From IMG/VR virus record IMGVR_UViG_3300020182_001907: a stretch of DNA of 64,000 bases; one strand, 5' to 3'. Positions within the stretch are counted from its first letter, which is position 1, and each line of letters begins with the position of its first letter. A program made the position numbers and the translations under genes. Source of the DNA: a virus. Shown in pieces: positions 27,703 to 36,674 of the stretch. Under the pieces are notes generated by a model. That model was given only the letters and a program-made list of their open reading frames with translations. It was not told where the DNA came from and did not search any database.

Positions 27703-28788
27703 TTAGTTTGTTTCATACCCTACAGCATAATTGTAATCTACGTAATCCTTCTTACATTTTAGATTACATTCCACCCAGGGCGAACTCTTCCAACTGTTAA
27801 ATAGTTTCTTCCAATGTTCATGATTAAGAACATCTTGCATAGAACTTGTTTTGACACTAAGTTGATCTCTATACATATAAAAGAAACTGTCAGTATAATT
27901 TATTGTTTTATCACCGTCACTCATAGCAATATAGGGAAAACTAGTCCAGGAACAGGGATGTAGTGCACCATCAGCGCTCAAATACATACCTCTGTTTCCC
28001 ACCATGCATAACGGCAAAATATTACCTTGTGGTTTTGCATTTTCATATTTAAAATGGTTAGTTTGCATATAGTTTTCTATAGGCTGTGTCCTGTTGCTAA
28101 TTTTTTTAATGCTTCTTTCGTATCTGTTAGTGCTACTAACAAATTCTGAATCTGGTTCTAAAGGATCGTATTCTCCGTACGATCCGTACTTGCTAGAAAA
28201 CTTTGTGCTTTTAGTCCATTGTACACTATCACAGCCATTTTGTAAAGCCTTATTTTGTATGTCGTAAATATGATCCTGATTAAATTTAAAATATATTGCT
28301 GCCCATACTGTAAATGCATCACTTTCTAATCCTATTATACGCATACCTTCCATTATGCTGTCCCACTCACTGTTTACCCGATATAGTATGTTACTGTCGT
28401 GATCGTAGCCATCTACACTAAAGTTTACAGTATCATAGTTGTTTAATAACCCTGCTAGCTCACGCCACCATTCTGGCTTTTTATAACTGCCGTTAGTGAT
28501 AATGAATATGTGACACGTAGGTTTAAGATTTTTTATATAGCGTACAATGTCTAGCATGTCCTTGCAGTATATAGGATCGCCGATATCTCCGCAAAATGTA
28601 AAACGTTGTACGTGTTCCAGTATAAAATCTTCTGTAAATGCGTTTTTAAACTCCTCAAAAGACCATTCTTTGTTTGTCCAGGAAGTGGCAGGCAATTCAG
28701 TTCTGGGGCACCTAGGACATTTTAGTGTGCACTTAGCACTTAACTCTATGTGCCAATGATATAATTGCCAGCCGTAATTATTAATCAC
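27703..28788 (-). CDS. Radical SAM protein with SPASM/twitch domain
   Basis: CTLKCPRC, GDIGDP, TNGS and FSVDG motifs; C-terminal Cys cluster. Confidence 0.88.
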   Translation of the reverse strand: MINNYGWQLYHWHIELSAKCTLKCPRCPRTELPATSWTNKEWSFEEFKNAFTEDFILEHVQRFTFCGDIGDPIYCKDMLDIVRYIKNLKPTCHIFIITNGSYKKPEWWRELAGLLNNYDTVNFSVDGYDHDSNILYRVNSEWDSIMEGMRIIGLESDAFTVWAAIYFKFNQDHIYDIQNKALQNGCDSVQWTKSTKFSSKYGSYGEYDPLEPDSEFVSSTNRYERSIKKISNRTQPIENYMQTNHFKYENAKPQGNILPLCMVGNRGMYLSADGALHPCSWTSFPYIAMSDGDKTINYTDSFFYMYRDQLSVKTSSMQDVLNHEHWKKLFNSWKSSPWVECNLKCKKDYVDYNYAVGYETN

Positions 28789-29381
28789 GGCGCTAACCTT
28801 AAAAACTTATCTGCAGAAAATATAAAGTGATATATTTCTTCCGCAACATCTTCAGGCAAAAGGTGTTGATTATCATATAAATTATCAATAGATTTGTGGT
28901 TAGGCTTATGTCTATTATTATTAAAGTTTGTTTTAGTAAGGCCTAACCGAACTTCCTTAACTGTAACACTAGGATGCTCTTGGGAAAGCATATTACCAAA
29001 GTCTTCTAATGCTTTTTTAGATAGACTATATACTAAATCACCAGGCCAAAACTTATCATTGTTTGTGCTTGTGATGTTAACAATTATTACTTCTGAGTTT
29101 TTTCTAATTGCTAACTGACTTAGAGTCATAGGACTTACTAGATTAGCAGAGATAATTTTTTGCCAATCTAAAGTGTTATGCGAACTAAACGGAACTTTAC
29201 CACCCAAGTCGTGACCAGCACAGTTTATTAGCATGTCCACAAATGGCAGGCTTTCTATTCTGTCAGGGTAGTCTAAATCACATGCATTACGTGTTAGTTC
29301 AAACACATTATGTGTGGCTTTTAACAATGTGCTCAGGCACTTTCCTACCCCACTTGATGTTCCGGTAATTGCAACTTCCAT
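28785..29381 (-). CDS. Short-chain dehydrogenase/reductase
   Basis: TGTSSGVG, INCAG and YSLSK motifs. Confidence 0.88.
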   Translation of the reverse strand: MEVAITGTSSGVGKCLSTLLKATHNVFELTRNACDLDYPDRIESLPFVDMLINCAGHDLGGKVPFSSHNTLDWQKIISANLVSPMTLSQLAIRKNSEVIIVNITSTNNDKFWPGDLVYSLSKKALEDFGNMLSQEHPSVTVKEVRLGLTKTNFNNNRHKPNHKSIDNLYDNQHLLPEDVAEEIYHFIFSADKFLRLAP

Positions 29382-29383
29382 GT

Positions 29384-29791
29384 TTATCCTTGACGCACCT
29401 TCATTGTAAGGTCGCCATAAATATTCTCGCAACCGTTTTCATTGTCTTCGGCTACGGATATTTTTAACCAGCGATTGGGATATTTTGCTTGTATCTCTAA
29501 TGCCAAGTCATCTGCAATCATTTCACAACTCTTGTGATCCAATTGTAGTACACATGTACTGCTTTCTACTTCAGCGTACAATCTTTCTAACCAGCGTTTG
29601 AACTGGATAAATTCAATGTCTCTGTCGTCATGGAACACTTCGATCCATACTTTAAAGTGAAACATGTGTCTATGCGGAAAACCCAGGAAGCTAACATCGT
29701 CCCATTCACCTGTAGCAAGTTTAGGGTCTGTATCTGCACCTGGATACATGTGTACGCCTTCCTTCTGAAAGGTTACCCAAATAGTTCTCAT
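29384..29791 (-). CDS. queD: QueD-like 6-carboxytetrahydropterin synthase (T-fold)
   Basis: EGVH.YP, PHRHMFHF, DRDIEF and SCEMIA motifs; lies in folE/queE context. Confidence 0.75.
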   Translation of the reverse strand: MRTIWVTFQKEGVHMYPGADTDPKLATGEWDDVSFLGFPHRHMFHFKVWIEVFHDDRDIEFIQFKRWLERLYAEVESSTCVLQLDHKSCEMIADDLALEIQAKYPNRWLKISVAEDNENGCENIYGDLTMKVRQG

Positions 29792-30195
29792 TATAATGTC
29801 TCCACAAATTCTGCTAAGTCTTTAATGTCTGCATCACTTAACAAACTAGCCTGACTCCACATCATCGCAGATTGTCTGCCAACCTTCTCACGATTCTTGT
29901 ACGCAACAAGTCGCTCACTAATGTATGCAGCAGTTTGTCCTGCAAGTTTAGGACCAACACCACCTTCGCCTTTGCCACCGTGGCATGCAGCACAGCCAGC
30001 ATACTTCTTTTCACCTGGCAATTTTGGCTGTTCTTTCTTAACTGGAGCACCACCTGCTATAGCCACGGTTGGACTAAACAGTTGGTATTCAACAGTCTTT
30101 GGTTCTTCTTTTGGTGGTGTTACTCTTGTGCCAAACACTTTGTTAGGATCACAAGCTGTGATCAATAAGCATAAACTTACTAATAAAACTCTCAT
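29791..30195 (-). CDS. Class I c-type cytochrome (c553/c4-like), predicted lipoprotein
   Basis: Signal/lipobox LLITA-C; heme motif CAACHG; PKLAGQ; distal Met in SAMM. Confidence 0.92.
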   Translation of the reverse strand: MRVLLVSLCLLITACDPNKVFGTRVTPPKEEPKTVEYQLFSPTVAIAGGAPVKKEQPKLPGEKKYAGCAACHGGKGEGGVGPKLAGQTAAYISERLVAYKNREKVGRQSAMMWSQASLLSDADIKDLAEFVETL

Positions 30196-30338
30196 GTATT
30201 GTCCCCATCTCTATATTTTACGTTGTTCTTGTCAAAACCTTTTTTCTCATCATGTTCGACCATAAAGGGGTATGCAATACCGCATATGCCTACTAGCAAA
30301 AACCAAGCAGCCCCTAATAGTGTCATGATAGTATCCAT
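30192..30338 (-). CDS. Small membrane protein
   Basis: N-terminal hydrophobic helix; TAATG coupling. Confidence 0.6.
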   Translation of the reverse strand: MDTIMTLLGAAWFLLVGICGIAYPFMVEHDEKKGFDKNNVKYRDGDNT

Positions 30339-30625
30339 TAGTCTTCGCCTTCCCGAAGATTTAACTCCTTTAAGTATTCGCCGCCATCCAATGTAGTGCT
30401 GTGAAAGCTCTCCCATCTTTTAACCACAATTCTTAACCCTCGGCAGATACCAGTTGAACCCACATTTTTAAATGCAAACGCTTCTATTGCCTGCATCTCT
30501 TCACGATTACATTGAGTAAAAGATTTACCATAAAAACTTCTGATAAAGTTTTCACATAAATTACTTAGATATACATCTAACTCTCTTTCTACAACTGAAA
30601 AATTTTCTATAACAAACTTATTCAT
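30338..30625 (-). CDS. Hypothetical protein
   Basis: ORF in gene train. Confidence 0.6.
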   Translation of the reverse strand: MNKFVIENFSVVERELDVYLSNLCENFIRSFYGKSFTQCNREEMQAIEAFAFKNVGSTGICRGLRIVVKRWESFHSTTLDGGEYLKELNLREGED

Positions 30626-30732
30626 TTATTCAACGCATCTTTTAGTTGCTCTAGAATCACAAGTATGCGCTCAAGCTGTTTCTTGTCTGATACATTATCA
30701 GTGTCAACTTCAAATTCTACTTTAACTTTCAT
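30622..30732 (-). CDS. Small hypothetical protein (36 aa), not in ORF track
   Basis: MKVKVEFEVDTDNVSDKKQLERILVILEQLKDALNK; fills the gap with overlapping start and stop. Confidence 0.6.
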   Translation of the reverse strand: MKVKVEFEVDTDNVSDKKQLERILVILEQLKDALNK

Positions 30733-31042
30733 CAGCTTCCTTTACAAACACGCCATCTACCATACGACCTTTGCGATCCTTAATATCATTATACGCTACT
30801 TCTAGACATTCTGTCAAGCTCAGTTTGTTACGTTCAGCGATATTAATTAGTACGACCATCATGTCACCGATATCGTCCCGGATGTCTTTGCCTTTGCAAA
30901 TGTTATCCGATAGCTCACCTGCTTCCTGAATAAGTTTAGCAAACTGTGTCTTATCATCTGAACCTTTAATAAGGTTCCTATCGTGATGCCATTGCTTGAT
31001 ATTTTCTACCCAAGCAAGAATAGTTGTATCTTCCATTGCCAT
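30722..31042 (-). CDS. MazG-like all-alpha NTP pyrophosphohydrolase
   Basis: W..DRNL, QFAKLIQEAGEL, DDIGD and AYNDIKDRKG motifs. Confidence 0.88.
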   Translation of the reverse strand: MAMEDTTILAWVENIKQWHHDRNLIKGSDDKTQFAKLIQEAGELSDNICKGKDIRDDIGDMMVVLINIAERNKLSLTECLEVAYNDIKDRKGRMVDGVFVKEADES

Positions 31043-32571
31043 TATATTTCTCCTAAAATATCTTCAAAGTTTGCATATTCCTCTGGTTTTGTCTCTTCCG
31101 ACTCTTCAAAAAAGTCAACACTTAGAGATGATTCCTGGTCTAGATCACCAAAACTTATTTCTTCCAAAAACGGCTTGTACTCTTTTAGCATTTCATAAGG
31201 ATTTTTACAGTCAGGATGCAACACTTCTTTTACAAAACTATCAAAATACACTACACTGTAAGGTACATATGGAGAGAACTCATTTGTTCCTTTGTTCTTT
31301 TTGTCTCTAATCCAGTCTTTGTATGTCAAATCAGTTCTGTATTTTTCCACATCAGCAAGACGATTTGCTTCCTGTACTGCAAATATATGGTTGTAAACAC
31401 TGTGCGCCATATAATACAAATAACTCTGCGTATCCCAGCTGGTGCTTCCTGCTTTTTTAGGTTTGCCGTTTCGATCCAGGTCACCTTCAGCCATAGCACA
31501 AATATCACCAGTAGTAAGTCTACTCATAATAGGAGATGCAGCAAATGGCATCGGCAAATCGCTGCCCTTCAAGCCCTGTTGATCAATAGCCCTATCCATA
31601 AAGTAACTAAACTTTTTAGGAGAAAAGAAATTATACGAGTATGTTGTCCCGTATGCTGTGTTCACAAAAGGGCTAGCAGCATCAAAACTTACTATAACAT
31701 CTTTGCTATAGTGTTCGCGGATAGTTCGTTGGATGCTTGTTAAATAACAACCCCAGTTCAACCTACCTGTTCCCAAAAAGTGAATCCAACCTTTGTTCTG
31801 TAGCAACCCATCGTCTTTAAGATTAAGTAATCTTTTGAGCGCCAAATACATGTTACTCTTGTTATTGCCAGCAAAAGCAAAGCCTTCAAGTGCAAGTTCA
31901 GCATCTCCGTAGTTTTCTTCCACCCAAGCAGGATCTGAAAATTGTTTAACGCCTTCATACCAGATATCAGATGTTGCTTCATCATTTCCACTAAGGATAT
32001 TCATAAATTTTGTTGCGCCAAGCACACGGTTTTTTAAAAAGTAATCAATATTTAAACAAGTAATATCAACACAAGTTTGGAAGTCCTTAAGTCCTGTTCG
32101 TTCGTTCAACGGAGGGATCGCTGCTACACTGGGAACATCAAGTATCATACTCCAATCTGTAGTATATTCTAACCATCGCAGCACTTTTTCGCAAAGTGCA
32201 AGTCTAGCAGGATCATTAGGATCTGTTACTGTTTCCCAGTCCATTTTAATAACGCCAGTTGCTACTTGGAACCCACCACTATCTCCTAGCACTACAGTTT
32301 TATTTCGGTTACGTCCCTGTACCATAGGTTCCTGAGAATCTGTTTTTTTCAAATCCAGTTGTGCATGTCCTGCACTATACAGAGTGTAAGGATAATGATA
32401 GTAACTATCCACTTCTTTCAAAAAGTCCATCCCTTCATGACCATGTTCTAAACCAACTGGAATTCTTGGTGCTTCTTCTTTAGATAACTTATCAAGTTGT
32501 TTTACATAGAAACTACTAAGTGCTGGTAAGTATACTGCATAGTCTCTTTGAGTTTTTCCTAAATCAAACAT
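31042..32571 (-). CDS. TGT-fold guanine transglycosylase-like protein (putative DpdA-type 7-deazaguanine insertion enzyme)
   Basis: GDSGGFQ, MILDVP, IHFLG and SFDAASP motifs; adjacent to folE/queD/queE and replication genes. Confidence 0.75.
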   Translation of the reverse strand: MFDLGKTQRDYAVYLPALSSFYVKQLDKLSKEEAPRIPVGLEHGHEGMDFLKEVDSYYHYPYTLYSAGHAQLDLKKTDSQEPMVQGRNRNKTVVLGDSGGFQVATGVIKMDWETVTDPNDPARLALCEKVLRWLEYTTDWSMILDVPSVAAIPPLNERTGLKDFQTCVDITCLNIDYFLKNRVLGATKFMNILSGNDEATSDIWYEGVKQFSDPAWVEENYGDAELALEGFAFAGNNKSNMYLALKRLLNLKDDGLLQNKGWIHFLGTGRLNWGCYLTSIQRTIREHYSKDVIVSFDAASPFVNTAYGTTYSYNFFSPKKFSYFMDRAIDQQGLKGSDLPMPFAASPIMSRLTTGDICAMAEGDLDRNGKPKKAGSTSWDTQSYLYYMAHSVYNHIFAVQEANRLADVEKYRTDLTYKDWIRDKKNKGTNEFSPYVPYSVVYFDSFVKEVLHPDCKNPYEMLKEYKPFLEEISFGDLDQESSLSVDFFEESEETKPEEYANFEDILGEI

Positions 32572-32576
32572 ATTTC

Positions 32577-33332
32577 TTAACCCTTAGCTGGAAGTAAGTA
32601 TGTGTATTCACCAATACCACTGCTAACTTTAATTTGTAAAAGTCCTTTAGTATTAATACTCATAACAATACCAGCGCTGTCACCCAAACGTAAAATTTTC
32701 AATACTACGTCCAAAGGCCATTTAAACTCATGAGTGATTTGACCGTTTGGTGCATCATTAATTAAAATTTTTGTCCTATCACCACCAGCATCACCAATAT
32801 AAAAATATAACTTTCCATCTTCTGTACGAGGGGAGAAAGTGCTTTCAAAAGCACTTAACACGCCGTTGAAATATGCTAAGTCTTTTAAGTTTTTTTGACT
32901 AGGTACAATACTTAGATCGAAATCTGCTCCTTTAAACTTAATTTCTTTTAATTGTGCATTAACAACATCAGCAAGCATAAATCTGTAATGTGCATCTGTA
33001 CCATTCTCGTCAACAAACGCAACTTCAGTTGGAACATCCACACCATTTCGTGACTGTTTAATAACTTGAACAGTCGCTACATCAGAGTCAAAGCCTGGAT
33101 ATTTTAAGTAACCGTCTAGTACATTCATACGACTTAAACCAACAGTGCTATCAACAAAATCAGCAACAGGATTTACCATAGACCCTTTAAAAATAACAGT
33201 CTTGTCTGCATCTACTGTTTCTACTTCTGTACTAGAACCAGTACCTGAAATTTTAACCATTTCAAAAATACCCAAGCTGTGGGTGTGTTTAAGTACGTCT
33301 TTCAGTACATCCTTAATCGCATTTTCTGCCAT
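32577..33332 (-). CDS. Sliding clamp (T4 gp45-like)
   Basis: 251 aa next to PolB; YRFM linker and C-terminal GLLQIKV..G..EYTYLLPA pattern. Confidence 0.7.
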   Translation of the reverse strand: MAENAIKDVLKDVLKHTHSLGIFEMVKISGTGSSTEVETVDADKTVIFKGSMVNPVADFVDSTVGLSRMNVLDGYLKYPGFDSDVATVQVIKQSRNGVDVPTEVAFVDENGTDAHYRFMLADVVNAQLKEIKFKGADFDLSIVPSQKNLKDLAYFNGVLSAFESTFSPRTEDGKLYFYIGDAGGDRTKILINDAPNGQITHEFKWPLDVVLKILRLGDSAGIVMSINTKGLLQIKVSSGIGEYTYLLPAKG

Positions 33333-33356
33333 GTGTGTTCTCCTGTGTAATTGTAT

Positions 33357-33614
33357 TTAGACAGTCTGTTCTGTCTGTTTTTGTTTTTTTCGTTCATTGT
33401 TTAGAAAATATAACCTTATATGATATTTTCTAACTACTGCAAAAACTGTAAAGATACATATAAGTGTCGTGCTTGTTGCAACTGGTCCAAATTCTAGTAT
33501 AGTAAGGCATACCCATACTATTATATAGTTTAACGGTATGTTAAAGGAACCAGCAATAAGCGTATCTATAGCCGCTTCTTTTAATGCTCTAGCTTTATCA
33601 CTTTTTGTAATCAT
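33357..33614 (-). CDS. Small two-helix membrane protein
   Basis: ALKEAAIDT, two hydrophobic segments, RKYHIRLYF. Confidence 0.7.
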   Translation of the reverse strand: MITKSDKARALKEAAIDTLIAGSFNIPLNYIIVWVCLTILEFGPVATSTTLICIFTVFAVVRKYHIRLYFLNNERKKQKQTEQTV

Positions 33615-33619
33615 ACTGT

Positions 33620-33648
33620 ATTATACTAGAAATCGAAGAATGTGTCAA
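33620..33648 (-). promoter_or_regulatory. Sigma70-type promoter TTGACA-N17-TATAAT overlapping the end of polB, 5 nt upstream of the next ATG
   Basis: Perfect hexamers. Confidence 0.65.
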
Positions 33649-36313
33649 GTGCTTCTGAGTCCTTAATACGGGTAAGATCCCATCCCATAGCACCTAACAC
33701 GTTATTAATCTTCTTGTTAAGCACACTTTCCTCCATCAAGTCGTCATCAAAGGGTAACTCTTTGAACCATTGCGGCAACTGTAGTTCATCTGTAGGGTAT
33801 GCAACGTTTGTGTATCCCATTGCATTATTTTTAAGTCTACAAACAATAACTTTCATACCATCTGTTACTTGCATGCTGTATTGATCGCCATTCATTTTTT
33901 TAAGAATGTTCCAATGTATACTTGCAGTTACATGACCTGGCATCATGTTGTTTACGGGTTTGCCATCAATTAGGGGTTTACGTTTTTTAGCAAACGGATC
34001 CTCACCGCCTAAACCTTTGAGCTTGTTATACTTAACCGTGTATGGTGTTAAGTTGTTAACTCGTTTAGGCATACCTTTTTCCCAAGGATTAAGCCCTTGA
34101 AAATATGTTTTAAACTTTTTAATCTTTGCTATAACTTCTGTTTCTGGAACACCTTCTAGTGCGTTGTCTAATATTTCTTCTAGAAAGTCTTGAATAAATT
34201 CAGGGGTATCTGAACGTTTGATATCCATGCCCATGATTTTTAGTTTACCACCCTCGGGCTGGTATCCTTCAATATCCAAACACTTGATTGCATAACGCTT
34301 CTTGGTAATGAACAATCCTGATCTACCAACTACCTCCCTGCCTGCCTTCATTACTTGTCCAGCACTAATTGGTACGTTAAACTGTTTGTTCAACATATCA
34401 GGGAAAGTGTCACTTACTTGATCTGAAATAGTATCATACAGTTTAATAGCACTTTCCATGTCCAGCTCAGTGCCCTCTGGCAATACATTTGCTGCTGTAA
34501 AATATACGCTATCAGTATCTCCGTATATTATAGTCTCGCCACTATAGTCGTAGATTCCTGTGAGCAGTCTATTTGTTTCTGCTGCCATATGTTTTGTAAT
34601 GGCTCTGCCTGTAAGTGTGGTGCTCTGGCCAATACGTTTATCGAAAAAACGACACCCAGCATTAAGAATAGCGCCATATAATGAGTTAAGGTTAATTTTT
34701 TTAACCAACTGTCTTTTGTCCCAGAACGCAATATCAGCCGCAGTTGTTGCTGCTTTTTTCTTTGCTTGTAGTTCCTTCCTTTCTGCATACCACCTCTCTA
34801 ATAAGCCAGGAATGATTCCCTGAAAGTCCGTTTTAAATATAGTGCCATTTGCTGATATATTCCAAGGCTGCTCACCATTAAAAATTAAGTTATATATGTC
34901 AGCACCAGTCACTTCATGAGTGCTACCATCATCCATATCTAAATGCATGATATGATCAACGTCCTTACTTATCATAAATTCGTATTCACTAGTAGTAAAC
35001 TTTCCTACCCAAGCATCTGCAAACGACCTTTTTTCTAAAGACATCCTGTTATTAATTTCTTCATCTGTATAAGTTGGTCTAAGTTGACCCACAATAGTTT
35101 CCGGTCCCATATTGAGTGCACGAATTACACTAGGGTATAGACTGTTCAAGTCCATGCTGCCAATCCATTCATGGAATCCTTTCTTGGGAAAGGCAACAAA
35201 TGCACCTGCTGCTTTACCGTCCTTTTCTTCTCTGTGTCGATCAGGAACAACATACCCACGTCTGTGCGCTTCGTTAATAATTGCTTGTTCTGTGGTTGCA
35301 ACAGCACCCATTGTGGTTGGTAGTAACACGGTGTTATCGTGTGCAATTGTATTTGCTAAATCAATAAACTGGAGCTTCTTGTCTAGTTTGTCTAGTAACA
35401 TAACGTCCTGAATATTGTATTCTAAAAACAGTTTAAAGTCATGATTATATAATCTATCTAAACTGCCTTCGTATGCAACCTTCTTCTCACCAACTTCCAT
35501 CTCTCCAATGAAGTCCAACCTATAACTGTGTCGTTCTTCGTAGTTGTACTTCTGGTACAGTTGCATATAGTCTAAGTGAATGCGCCCTATTAAATCATAT
35601 GTCTGTGATTCCTTACCGTAACGTTCAAACACTCTTTCTTTTGGACGTTGATCCCACAAACACAATTTTCTAGTCTCTGCTTTGCCCAATACTTTTATAA
35701 TACGATTAGTAGTGTACGGTATATCATAACCTTCCGAATTCCAACCGCTTAATACATCAGCATCATCAATCACCATTAAAAACTTTTGCAACATTTCCTT
35801 TTCCGTTTCACACAACATGACTTCGGGCATGTCAGAGACAATTGATTCTGCTTGCTTCCAGCTTAGTGTTTTGGGAGGAACAGCCAAACAAATCATAGCG
35901 TCCATCCATTGCAGGTAGACGCCTATGCTTGTTATTTCCATAAATGCTTCTTCAGGTGAACTATATCCTCTCTCAGGATCAAAGTCTACCTCGATGTCAA
36001 AAAATGCTGTTTGGAGTACAGGTTGATCAGCACCTGAATAGTGCTTTGCAATAGTTTTGTTAACAGGTTTAATGTCGCTTTCAAACATCTTATTATGTCT
36101 GTTAAAGGCAACATTCTTTCGGAAGTCCTTGAGATTTTTACATCTTATCTCAGCTACGGGATCACCGTAAATACTGCGATGGCTACCACGAGGATCTGAA
36201 ACATAAAAGTTGTATTCAGGCCTGTGGTCCACTAATATACGCTTACCATCAACACGTTCTACGACTCGAACGAGGTCTTTGTGTTTGTCGTAGAATGCAT
36301 CTACGTATGACAT
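33626..36313 (-). CDS. polB: Family B DNA polymerase (T4 gp43-like), uninterrupted
   Basis: FDIE, GWNSEGYDIPY, DLNSLYPS, KINLNSLYG, YGDTDS and KKRY motifs. Confidence 0.97.
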   Translation of the reverse strand: MSYVDAFYDKHKDLVRVVERVDGKRILVDHRPEYNFYVSDPRGSHRSIYGDPVAEIRCKNLKDFRKNVAFNRHNKMFESDIKPVNKTIAKHYSGADQPVLQTAFFDIEVDFDPERGYSSPEEAFMEITSIGVYLQWMDAMICLAVPPKTLSWKQAESIVSDMPEVMLCETEKEMLQKFLMVIDDADVLSGWNSEGYDIPYTTNRIIKVLGKAETRKLCLWDQRPKERVFERYGKESQTYDLIGRIHLDYMQLYQKYNYEERHSYRLDFIGEMEVGEKKVAYEGSLDRLYNHDFKLFLEYNIQDVMLLDKLDKKLQFIDLANTIAHDNTVLLPTTMGAVATTEQAIINEAHRRGYVVPDRHREEKDGKAAGAFVAFPKKGFHEWIGSMDLNSLYPSVIRALNMGPETIVGQLRPTYTDEEINNRMSLEKRSFADAWVGKFTTSEYEFMISKDVDHIMHLDMDDGSTHEVTGADIYNLIFNGEQPWNISANGTIFKTDFQGIIPGLLERWYAERKELQAKKKAATTAADIAFWDKRQLVKKINLNSLYGAILNAGCRFFDKRIGQSTTLTGRAITKHMAAETNRLLTGIYDYSGETIIYGDTDSVYFTAANVLPEGTELDMESAIKLYDTISDQVSDTFPDMLNKQFNVPISAGQVMKAGREVVGRSGLFITKKRYAIKCLDIEGYQPEGGKLKIMGMDIKRSDTPEFIQDFLEEILDNALEGVPETEVIAKIKKFKTYFQGLNPWEKGMPKRVNNLTPYTVKYNKLKGLGGEDPFAKKRKPLIDGKPVNNMMPGHVTASIHWNILKKMNGDQYSMQVTDGMKVIVCRLKNNAMGYTNVAYPTDELQLPQWFKELPFDDDLMEESVLNKKINNVLGAMGWDLTRIKDSEALDTFFDF

Positions 36314-36396
36314 GTGTGTACTCCTAAAGATTGGGTCGGGGAGATGCGTCTCCCCAGTTTATGCCGTCATGCGCTCAGGAGGCACCCAAAAGGGTT
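36314..36396 (-). promoter_or_regulatory. Structured cis-regulatory RNA in the polB leader (three-way junction with anti-SD segment)
   Basis: GC-rich 83-nt spacer: UUGGGU/ACCCAA, GCC/GGC and GGGGAGA/UCUCCCC helices; CUCCUGAG complementary to SD UUUAGGAG. Confidence 0.65.
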
Positions 36397-36660
36397 TTAT
36401 AATGTACGACCAACAGTTTCTAGAATAGTTTCTAGTTCGTCATACTTGTCTTGTTCGTCAGTCCATGCTGCTTTGTGTGCAATGTTGATTGCTTTGTTAA
36501 GTACAGCAGGCTTGAGGTCCATTTCTTCTGCAATTGCTTTAACAGTGTCACGTAAGCCTTCAGATAAGATATCTACCTCTGCTTTAACTTGGCAGCCTTC
36601 ATCAATTAGTTTCTTAAGTCGTGCTTGTTCTTCGCCGTTAAATGTTCTATTAAAAGCCAT
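36397..36660 (-). CDS. dsbA: Double-stranded DNA-binding protein (T4 DsbA-like)
   Basis: RLKKLIDEG...LRDTVKAIAEE..LKPAVLNKAINIAHK; 87 aa; upstream of PolB. Confidence 0.7.
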   Translation of the reverse strand: MAFNRTFNGEEQARLKKLIDEGCQVKAEVDILSEGLRDTVKAIAEEMDLKPAVLNKAINIAHKAAWTDEQDKYDELETILETVGRTL

Positions 36661-36674
36661 ATTTGTATTCCTTC

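Noticed and set aside
33626-36313. Intein or intron in DNA polymerase
   Set aside because: Single 895-aa ORF with normally spaced motifs; no splice-junction or homing-endonuclease motifs
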